This document shows, in pieces, positions 1-6,003 of a DNA stretch of 64,000 nt. Source of the DNA: an uncultured virus (IMG/VR IMGVR_UViG_3300047548_000908) (Duplodnaviria > Heunggongvirae > Uroviricota > Caudoviricetes); IMG/VR virus record IMGVR_UViG_3300047548_000908, positions 1-64,000 of that record; one strand, given 5' to 3'. Numbering within the stretch: the first letter of the stretch is position 1; every line of letters begins with the position of its first letter. The notes under the pieces were generated by a model. It saw only the letters and a program-made list of their open reading frames with translations, made no database searches and was not told the DNA's origin. Made by a program: the position numbers and the translations under genes.

Positions 1-500
1 ATTTTTGAGGGTGAATCGAAGTATGCTGCAATGCCTCCTCCTATTCCAGACGAACCTGGTCCGCCATCGCTTGATGAATTTGCCGGACTACCTCCTGCTC
101 CGCCGTCACCACCTTTACCAATAATGTATCCGTAATTGTTTAAGAATAACCCATTTGGGTAAGTGCCGTTTACTATTAGTGCCGGTGTTCCGGAAGAAGT
201 GGAATAAAACCCATATGTACCTGCACCGTTGCCATCAATAACAAATTCTAATTTTGTGCTACTGTTCCATCCGTTTCCTGTTGCAATACTTCTTAAGTTG
301 CCGTTTGGTGTAATAGAGGTTATGTGTAAGGTTTTTCTATAAGAATCCGCTGCTAACCGAATCTCAGTATTCGCTTCTCGCTTCATTAGCCGAACCCTAA
401 CGTCAGACTCACTTAGTTTTGTTTGTCTTCCTGCTGGATAGCCCAACACTACGTTTAGATCCGCTATCGAAAATTTTCCAGATTCTGGGAAGTCAGGCAT
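1..500 (-). CDS. Glycine-rich tail-fibre adhesin, T-even gp38-like (truncated by window edge)
   Basis: Manual translation from ATG at 500: MPDFPESGKFSIADL...TPALIVNGTYPNGLFLNNYGYIIGKGGDGGAGG; glycine-loop pattern typical of gp38 adhesins. Confidence 0.6.
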   Translation of the reverse strand, partial: MPDFPESGKFSIADLNVVLGYPAGRQTKLSESDVRVRLMKREANTEIRLAADSYRKTLHITSITPNGNLRSIATGNGWNSSTKLEFVIDGNGAGTYGFYSTSSGTPALIVNGTYPNGLFLNNYGYIIGKGGDGGAGGSPANSSSDGGPGSSGIGGGIAAYFDSPSK

Positions 501-536
501 TTATAAGTCTCCAAATCATTACTTATTTATGCGAGG

Positions 537-825
537 TTGACATCAAACCTGCTCGGGGCTATACTACTCAAAATGCAGCTACGACAAATCAAGTCTAGGT
601 AAAAGTTTTTCCGAAATTTAAACAAAGGCTTGACATCTGTAAATAAGTAATGCATAATACGAAAATCAACTTCTGATCAATTTGCCCAAAATTGAAAAAT
701 AATTGAAAAAGAGGTTGACGAAGGAATAAATAAGTTATATACTGATAACTTCTGTAGCAAATTTTGTTCGAAGGAATAAATAAGTTATCAGAAGGCTTGA
801 CAGAAATGTTGAGCAGTGTTAGAAT
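537..825 (+). promoter_or_regulatory. Four tandem sigma70-like promoters upstream of the tRNA array
   Basis: TTGACA-17-TATACT (537-565), TTGACA-17-CATAAT (630-658), TTGACG-17-TATACT (715-743), TTGACA-17-TAGAAT (797-825); TAAATA motifs embedded. Confidence 0.8.
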
Positions 826-867
826 AGCAAAACTGAGAAATTTGAACGAAGGGATTTAACGAAGAAA

Positions 868-999
868 ATGTTTACGAAGTCAGGCAAGTATTATAATTGC
901 TGCTCCAAGCAGGTGTCAAATATGTCACCTCTCTGGTTTGCGATTAATGCACATGCCGATCGTGAACCTAGTAAAAGGGTCTTAGGAGATCGAATGTAA
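868..999 (+). CDS. Putative attenuator leader peptide (43 aa, contains all 20 amino acids)
   Basis: MFTKSGKYYNCCSKQVSNMSPLWFAINAHADREPSKRVLGDRM*; lies between the promoters and a terminator and overlaps the antiterminator arm. Confidence 0.7.
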   Translation: MFTKSGKYYNCCSKQVSNMSPLWFAINAHADREPSKRVLGDRM

Positions 1000-1022
1000 C
1001 TAAAAATTACGTTCACACACTC

Positions 1023-1062
1023 AAAAGACCCTGGAACTAAAAATCCCAGGGTTTTTGTTTTT
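1023..1062 (+). terminator. Intrinsic terminator (attenuator)
   Basis: AAAAGACCCTGG-loop-CCAGGGTTTTT followed by GTTTTT; 5' arm AAGACCCT is complementary to AGGGTCTT at 976-983. Confidence 0.8.
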
Positions 1063-1479
1063 CTACTTGCAAAGGAGTGAAAAATAGAGTATACTGAACA
1101 AGTCAAAGTTAGACGATTTGAAGATTGTTTTCTGACGCAGGAGCAACGGCAACGTTTGCTTCGTGCGAAAGTAGAACGCTACTTGAAATTAGTCAAACTA
1201 ATTAAGGGCGAGAGGACACCTTAAGTGTCTGTTGAATCGCAAAGTGTGTACAGGGAACGCGGTCCTGCAAGGCACTTAAAACATCTTGCTACTAACGAGG
1301 GCGGAGACAGGGATGATAAGTTCGTGGCGATAACACGAATGCGTAAAAACTGTCTTGTAGTAAAGCACATTACCACTGAGCCGAAAGCTAGAAAGATAAT
1401 TTCACTAGGTTAAAACGGGAGACTCAGAAAGGATAGTGTGTTTTACTACACGCACTGGAAACAGTGCGTTAATGAATAA

Positions 1480-1568
1480 GGGTGGTGCCCCGGTCAGCGG
1501 TCTGTAAAACCGTCGGCATTGTTAAGATCGGAAGTTGCCTCGTGGAGCGTTACCATCACCACCCACCA
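1480..1568 (+). tRNA. Atypical tRNA-Tyr(GTA)-like RNA
   Basis: Acceptor GGGTGGT/ACCACCC-ACCA, anticodon loop CTGTAAA, almost no D-arm, long variable region, T-loop AGCGTTA. Confidence 0.6.
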
Positions 1569-1574
1569 AACATC

Positions 1575-1649
1575 GGGCCTGTAGTGATAATGGGAGCACA
1601 GGGGCTTTGCAAGCCTTTAGTGGGAGTTCGATCCTCCCCAGGTCCACCA
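1575..1649 (+). tRNA. tRNA-Ala(TGC)
   Basis: Cloverleaf, loop TTTGCAA, G3:U70 pair, CCA. Confidence 0.9.
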
Positions 1650-1656
1650 AAACAAT

Positions 1657-1732
1657 GTCGGTATGGCAGAGCGTCTTATGCATCGGATTGCAAACCCGAT
1701 TTAGGTAGGTTAAACTCCTACTGCCGACTCCA
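1657..1732 (+). tRNA. tRNA-Cys(GCA)
   Basis: Cloverleaf, loop TTGCAAA, U discriminator, CCA. Confidence 0.85.
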
Positions 1733-1740
1733 AATGAATT

Positions 1741-2250
1741 ATGAATGATTTTCTAAAACTTCAACTTCCAATTAATGAAAGGTTTCTTTCATCTAAGTTA
1801 AGTAAAGGTGCATTCAAGTATAACTTGGGAGATTTTTTGTATTATAATCTCTTGCAGCCTTACAGAATTTTTGATGCCAAGTTCTTCTCTATCATGCGAC
1901 CTGATTCATTGTCTTATGTTGAGATACTAGGAAAAGAAACGGCTGCTCATCTAGACGTTAACGTCAATGTTAACTTGAACGTTTATGTTAACGGCAATGG
2001 CGGAGTAACTGAATTCTATACGTCAAGTGTAGAGTCAGAAAATAATTGGTTTGATTTAAAAAATCTAACTAAATGCAATGAATTTGTAGCAAATGAAAAT
2101 GACATTTACCTACTGAATGCACAGGAAATCCATCGAGTGAGTTCTATGGGTAATAGTCGAAGAGAAATAATTCAAGCTTGTTGGCACAATAAATCATTTC
2201 AAGAAGTGAAATTGTTGTTCCAACAAACATATGGTCTTATCTCGGTGTAG
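1741..2250 (+). CDS. Hypothetical protein, cupin/2OG-Fe(II) oxygenase-like
   Basis: HxD (HLD) ... distal H (EIHRV) ... R spacing; resembles 5075-5611. Confidence 0.45.
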   Translation: MNDFLKLQLPINERFLSSKLSKGAFKYNLGDFLYYNLLQPYRIFDAKFFSIMRPDSLSYVEILGKETAAHLDVNVNVNLNVYVNGNGGVTEFYTSSVESENNWFDLKNLTKCNEFVANENDIYLLNAQEIHRVSSMGNSRREIIQACWHNKSFQEVKLLFQQTYGLISV

Positions 2251-2319
2251 CTTAGTCCGGCTTAAAGCGCCTGCTTTGGGAGCAGGAGATCGTGAGTTCG
2301 AATCCCACCTCCGAGACCA
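2241..2319 (+). tRNA. tRNA-Pro(TGG)
   Basis: Cloverleaf, loop TTTGGGA, TTCGAAT, CCA. Confidence 0.9.
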
Positions 2320-2327
2320 ATATTAAT

Positions 2328-2402
2328 GCAGCATTCGTCTATCGGTTAGGACACGACCCTTTCACGGTCGGAAGAGGGGTTCGATTCCCCTATGCTGTAC
2401 CA
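2328..2402 (+). tRNA. tRNA-Glu(TTC)
   Basis: Cloverleaf, loop CTTTCAC, CCA. Confidence 0.9.
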
Positions 2403-2408
2403 AACTTC

Positions 2409-2496
2409 GGGTGATCGACTACGTTGGAGTGTAGTGGCGGGCTGTAACCCCGTTGCCCTCAGGGCTTAGTAGGTTCGACTCCTACATCACCCACCA
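2409..2496 (+). tRNA. tRNA-Tyr(GTA)
   Basis: Cloverleaf with long variable arm, loop CTGTAAC, CCA. Confidence 0.9.
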
Positions 2497-2503
2497 AAAA
2501 TAT

Positions 2504-2578
2504 GCTTGGTTCGTCTATCGGTTAGGACGCTAGACTTTCAATCTGGAAAGACGGGTTCAACTCCCGTACCGAGTACCA
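2504..2578 (+). tRNA. tRNA-Glu(TTC)
   Basis: Cloverleaf, loop CTTTCAA, CCA. Confidence 0.9.
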
Positions 2579-2587
2579 AATAATCAT

Positions 2588-2665
2588 CTGGGTATATTGT
2601 CAACCTGGTAGACGGCCGGGCTTGGAACTCGGAGGCTGCAGGTTCAAATCCTGCTACCCAGACCA
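2588..2665 (+). tRNA. tRNA-Pro(TGG)
   Basis: Cloverleaf, loop CTTGGAA, CCA. Confidence 0.9.
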
Positions 2666-2674
2666 ATTATTATT

Positions 2675-2751
2675 GCCTCGTTGGATCAGTTGGAGTGATC
2701 GTCTGCCTGTCACGCAGAAGGCCACGGGTTCAAGTCCCGTACGAGGCGCCA
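2675..2751 (+). tRNA. tRNA-Asp(GTC)
   Basis: Cloverleaf, loop CTGTCAC, G discriminator, CCA. Confidence 0.92.
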
Positions 2752-2758
2752 AATTTGA

Positions 2759-2835
2759 TGCGGAGTGGAGCAGTGGTTAGCTCGTCGGTCTCATAAGCCG
2801 AAGGTCGGGGGTTCGAATCCCTCCTCTCGCTACCA
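2759..2835 (+). tRNA. tRNA-Met(CAT), initiator-like
   Basis: Loop CTCATAA, unpaired 1:72, fMet-like D-arm, CCA. Confidence 0.8.
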
Positions 2836-2841
2836 GTTTTA

Positions 2842-2956
2842 GCCGCTGTCGTCTAATGGTAGGACGCTTAAAAAGCGAATCTGTCAAGATTACGTTCAGC
2901 AATTACAATTCCATGTCAAGGAAGATATCTAGGTTCGATTCCTAGCAGCGGCGCCA
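2842..2956 (+). tRNA. tRNA-Asp(GTC)-like RNA with a ~40-nt insertion between the D-arm and anticodon arm
   Basis: Acceptor GCCGCTG/CAGCGGC-GCCA, D-arm, TTCC-ATGTCAA-GGAA, T-arm CTAGG-TTCGATT-CCTAG; insert AATCT-GTCA-AGATT-ACGTT-CAGCAA. Confidence 0.65.
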
Positions 2957-2962
2957 GTTTAT

Positions 2963-3045
2963 GTGTGTTTGGTCAAAATGTTAGGGCATCACGACGCAGG
3001 GCTAACAACCTTGAAGTGCGGGTTCGAATCCCGTAACACACACCA
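2963..3045 (+). tRNA. Atypical tRNA-Val(AAC)-like
   Basis: Acceptor GTGTGTT/AACACAC-ACCA, loop CTAACAA, canonical T-arm, irregular D region. Confidence 0.55.
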
Positions 3046-3050
3046 GTTTT

Positions 3051-3112
3051 AGGATGCTTTCAGCAAACTTTATACATTAGACTTCTAATCTAAACCGTAA
3101 AAAGGCATCCTG
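3051..3112 (+). ncRNA. Stem-CAGCAA small RNA displaying an Arg(TCT) anticodon-like hairpin
   Basis: AGGATGC/GCATCCT closing stem, CAGCAAACTT, TTAGA-CTTCTAA-TCTAA. Confidence 0.6.
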
Positions 3113-3122
3113 TTTTGTTTAT

Positions 3123-3197
3123 TCCGGAGTAGCACAGCGGTAGTGCAGTTGACTGTTAATCAATTGGTCGTAGGTTCGATCCCTGCCTCCGGAGCCA
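3123..3197 (+). tRNA. tRNA-Asn(GTT)
   Basis: Cloverleaf, loop CTGTTAA, CCA. Confidence 0.92.
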
Positions 3198-3203
3198 AAT
3201 TGT

Positions 3204-3278
3204 TGGGGTATGGTGTAATGGTAGTCACAACGGATTTTGATTCCGTTAGTCTAGGTTCGATTCCTAGTACCCCTGCCA
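3204..3278 (+). tRNA. tRNA-Gln(TTG)
   Basis: Cloverleaf, loop TTTTGAT, CCA. Confidence 0.9.
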
Positions 3279-3283
3279 AAGTT

Positions 3284-3349
3284 TCACTGTGTACTTGGTA
3301 GTACGAGATTGGCGCGCAACTCGACTAGGTTCGATCCCTAGACAGTGAT
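3284..3349 (+). ncRNA. Degenerate tRNA-like element
   Basis: TCACTGT/ACAGTGA stem, D-like hairpin, T-arm CTAGG-TTCGATC-CCTAG; no proper anticodon loop or CCA. Confidence 0.5.
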
Positions 3350-3358
3350 TTAAGTTAT

Positions 3359-3434
3359 TACGGTGTAGTTCAATTGGCAGAACCCTGGTCTCCAAAACCA
3401 GATGTTGGGGGTTCAAGTCCCTCCACCGTAGCCA
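3359..3434 (+). tRNA. tRNA-Trp(CCA)
   Basis: Cloverleaf, loop CTCCAAA, CCA. Confidence 0.9.
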
Positions 3435-3548
3435 TATTAAAGCACACTAAGGCGCAGGCCGCGCTGATATGGGTGGTGCATAGCTTTGCCCTTAGAGCAA
3501 AGTCGGTAGGTTCAAGTCCTACAAGTGTGCTTCAATATGGTAATCGAT

Positions 3549-3624
3549 GGTGGCTATAGCTCAACGGTAGAGCCTCGGATTGTGATTCCGATAGATGTCG
3601 GTTCAAATCCGACTAGTCACCCCA
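3549..3624 (+). tRNA. tRNA-His(GTG)
   Basis: G-1, loop TTGTGAT, C discriminator, CCA. Confidence 0.9.
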
Positions 3625-3633
3625 AGAATTTTT

Positions 3634-3717
3634 GCCCCGGTGGTGGAATGGTAGACACGCTGGTCTTAGAAACCAGTGCCGAGAGGCGTGAGGGTTCGAA
3701 TCCCTCCTGGGGCACCA
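3634..3717 (+). tRNA. tRNA-Leu(TAG)
   Basis: Long variable arm, loop CTTAGAA, CCA. Confidence 0.92.
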
Positions 3718-3724
3718 AGAATAT

Positions 3725-3799
3725 GCGGGTATAGCACAGTGGTAGTGCATCTGCTTGCCAAGCAGAAGGTCGTCGGTTCGAACCCGACTACCCGCTCCA
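3725..3799 (+). tRNA. tRNA-Gly(GCC)
   Basis: Cloverleaf, loop TTGCCAA, TCCA end. Confidence 0.92.
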
Positions 3800-3897
3800 A
3801 AACGAAAGTTGCCTAGACGCAACAGCAACGGCTGTGAACTACTCATGATTTATTGAGTGTACAAGCAGCGCCGGAAAGCGTAACCGGTGCCCTTTTT

Positions 3898-3955
3898 AGG
3901 ATGCATTCAGCAAACTTAATTCTACTTCTTATTGGAAAAAGAAAAGCGCATCCTG
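3898..3955 (+). ncRNA. Stem-CAGCAA small RNA (second copy)
   Basis: AGGATGC/GCATCCT stem, CAGCAAACTTAATT, weak hairpin with a TTGGAA loop. Confidence 0.6.
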
Positions 3956-3965
3956 TTTTATAATT

Positions 3966-4039
3966 GGCCCTTTAGTTAAAAAGTATAACACCGTGCTGAT
4001 AACGCGGAGTCGGAGGAGCGTTACCTCCCGGGGCTACCA
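3966..4039 (+). tRNA. tRNA-Ile(GAT), non-canonical T-loop
   Basis: Loop CTGATAA, T-loop AGCGTTA, CCA. Confidence 0.8.
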
Positions 4040-4058
4040 AATTTTTAAGGAGATTGAC

Positions 4059-4079
4059 ATGAAACGAGGTAAGATGTAG
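4059..4079 (+). CDS. Putative micro leader peptide MKRGKM
   Basis: Strong SD AAGGAG at 4047-4052; followed by alternative RNA structures that overlap the tRNA-Lys 5' end. Confidence 0.45.
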   Translation: MKRGKM

Positions 4080-4142
4080 TGTCGCTCTAGATCCCATCGT
4101 AGGTCTAGAGTTGGCACGGTAAATCAACAATACGATCTATGA

Positions 4143-4217
4143 TGGGGTATAACTCAATGGTAGAGTAACCGGCTTTTAACCGGTAAGTTGGGGGTTCAAG
4201 TCCCCCTGCCCCAACCA
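4143..4217 (+). tRNA. tRNA-Lys(TTT)
   Basis: Cloverleaf, loop CTTTTAA, CCA. Confidence 0.9.
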
Positions 4218-4305
4218 TATTAAAGTGCATTATCCTGGCAAACACTGATCAGCAGGACCGAAAGGATATGAAAATAGTGTACTTCAATATGGTCAAGTAC
4301 GTTAA

Positions 4306-4382
4306 AGTGACGTAGTATTAGTGGAAATACGCAGTCCTCATAAGGCTGAAAGAAGCGAGTTCGAACCTCGCCGTCACTACCA
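4306..4382 (+). tRNA. tRNA-Met/Ile2(CAT)
   Basis: Cloverleaf, loop CTCATAA, CCA. Confidence 0.85.
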
Positions 4383-4395
4383 TCATATATACAAC

Positions 4396-5007
4396 ATGAA
4401 ACGATTTAACAGCTTAGTTCATTACATTTGGGTAGGAGAGAATTCTACCCCAGATAGTTTTTACGGTAACTATAGAAACACTATTGCAATGAATCCTTCT
4501 TATGGATTTATTCTATGGAAAGACTCAGATATTTTAGAGAACTTTCCGCATATCAAAGAATTGTACTTGAAAAGCACCTTGTTTCATAAGTTGCAATTAG
4601 CAAGGTATTCGGTGTTAGACAAATTTGGCGGTATCTATACTGATTTTGATATTAGGTGGAAAGTAGATTTCGATCATTTGTATTCCTTGTTTGATGAAGT
4701 AGATATGATATTTCCTAAAAGAAGAGGATTATACTTCTACAATCGAGGAATGAAAACCACGATGATTGATGACTTTGTGATTATTGCCAAAAAACATAAA
4801 ACTTCTGACTTCTTAAAGTTTTGCCAGTCACCTTGTGTTCCTAAACTCGATGAGACCTTTCCTTATGGAACACCCTCATTAACAGAATGGTTAATGACTA
4901 AGGAAAGTGTTGGGTATATAACACCTGAACAAATCTATGATGAGGAAACGTGTGAACTAGCTGTTCATGAAAATAAAAAAACTTGGCAAAAACTTAATGC
5001 CCCTTAA
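4396..5007 (+). CDS. Glycosyltransferase, DXD sugar-binding (GT32-like)
   Basis: VHYIWVG and ARYSVLDKFGGIYTDFD motifs; start moved to the ATG downstream of the tRNA. Confidence 0.75.
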   Translation: MKRFNSLVHYIWVGENSTPDSFYGNYRNTIAMNPSYGFILWKDSDILENFPHIKELYLKSTLFHKLQLARYSVLDKFGGIYTDFDIRWKVDFDHLYSLFDEVDMIFPKRRGLYFYNRGMKTTMIDDFVIIAKKHKTSDFLKFCQSPCVPKLDETFPYGTPSLTEWLMTKESVGYITPEQIYDEETCELAVHENKKTWQKLNAP

Positions 5008-5074
5008 GCTAATCTAGTGAAAGCATATGCCTGAAGAGCATGGGAGTCTGGAGCGTAACCAGAAGGGGGCACCA
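4999..5074 (+). tRNA. tRNA-Phe(GAA), non-canonical T-loop
   Basis: Loop CTGAAGA, T-loop AGCGTAA, CCA. Confidence 0.8.
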
Positions 5075-5611
5075 TTAAACAATCAGATCAGAAAAAATAG
5101 AGATAGCATCGCGCATAGATAAAAATTGATTATGCTGGTTTTGTAAAACTAGGCTGATACAATATCGTTCTGCTTTTGAATTTATAACTGCATGCGGGAC
5201 TCCTACTTGAACTAGGTAAGCTCCTCGTAGTTGTTCTTTGTGTACAAGATTGACTTCATCTCGTTTGTAGTACAAGTAGTTGCTGTTTATAGCCGTTTTA
5301 AATGGAATCTTTACAATAGAAGGATCTTTTGGTGCAAACCAAAACATTGTGCTGTTTTCTCCGCCGTATATCCAGTTGATTTTAACAATGTCTCCCCCTA
5401 GATCATCGGTGTGAATATTGACAATATCAAATGGTTTTCTATAGAAAATTTCTGCCCAGCTTATGGAAATGTTTCTTTCCGATAAAAATGATTGAATTTC
5501 AGGGTTGATTTCTGACTTATCTAATACGGTGTGTTCTTTCTTTATAGAATATAGATCGAAAGTACTAGAGACGGGAGAAAGATCAAGGTTAAGTTTATTG
5601 CAGTAATTCAT
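5075..5611 (-). CDS. Hypothetical protein, cupin/2OG-Fe(II) oxygenase-like
   Basis: IHTD ... VPHAV ... RYCISL spacing. Confidence 0.5.
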   Translation of the reverse strand: MNYCNKLNLDLSPVSSTFDLYSIKKEHTVLDKSEINPEIQSFLSERNISISWAEIFYRKPFDIVNIHTDDLGGDIVKINWIYGGENSTMFWFAPKDPSIVKIPFKTAINSNYLYYKRDEVNLVHKEQLRGAYLVQVGVPHAVINSKAERYCISLVLQNQHNQFLSMRDAISIFSDLIV

Positions 5612-5630
5612 GACAATATTTATTGGAGTT

Positions 5631-5704
5631 GCCCCTGTGGTTTAATAGTAAAATACATCTTTGGTAAAGATGAGTAGGAGGAGCGTAACCTTCCTGGGGC
5701 ACCA
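5631..5704 (+). tRNA. tRNA-Thr(GGT), non-canonical T-loop
   Basis: Loop TTGGTAA, T-loop AGCGTAA, CCA. Confidence 0.8.
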
Positions 5705-5711
5705 AACATAA

Positions 5712-5801
5712 GGAGAAGTGGCCGAGTGGTTTATGGCTCTAGTCTTGAAAACTAGCGTAGGGGAAACTCTACCGTGAGTTCGAATCTCACCTTCTCCGCC
5801 A
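5712..5801 (+). tRNA. tRNA-Ser(TGA)
   Basis: Long variable arm, loop CTTGAAA, GCCA. Confidence 0.92.
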
Positions 5802-5808
5802 AAAATAA

Positions 5809-5884
5809 AGGACCTTAGCTCAGTTGGTAGAGCGTCTGCCCTACACGCAGAATGTCGTCAGTTCGAACCTGGCAGGTCCTACCA
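5809..5884 (+). tRNA. tRNA-Val(TAC)
   Basis: Cloverleaf, loop CCTACAC (C33), CCA. Confidence 0.85.
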
Positions 5885-5890
5885 AACTCT

Positions 5891-5967
5891 ACTTCCTTAG
5901 TTCAGTGGTCAAGAACGCTTGCATGACACGCAAGAGGTCAGAAGTTCGATTCTTCTAGGAAGTACCA
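5891..5967 (+). tRNA. tRNA-Val(GAC)
   Basis: Cloverleaf, loop ATGACAC, CCA. Confidence 0.88.
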
Positions 5968-5968
5968 C

Positions 5969-5997
5969 TTGACATACATATAAGAGATATGTATAAT
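5969..5997 (+). promoter_or_regulatory. Consensus sigma70 promoter driving the ncRNA cluster
   Basis: TTGACA-17-TATAAT. Confidence 0.85.
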
Positions 5998-6003
5998 TAT
6001 TGA

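Noticed and set aside
891..1748. ORF-track ORFs 891-1106(-), 1225-1413 and 1482-1748
   Set aside because: They overlap the attenuator, structured RNA and tRNAs, with no SD or protein-like features
3484..3502. Ochre (UUA) suppressor tRNA within the helix unit 3432-3540
   Set aside because: The loop CCTTAGA lacks U33, and there is no normal D-arm or CCA. It is tRNA-like, but a suppressor call is unsupported
3374..3846. ORFs 3374-3559, 3525-3734 and 3613-3846
   Set aside because: They are translations of tRNA genes
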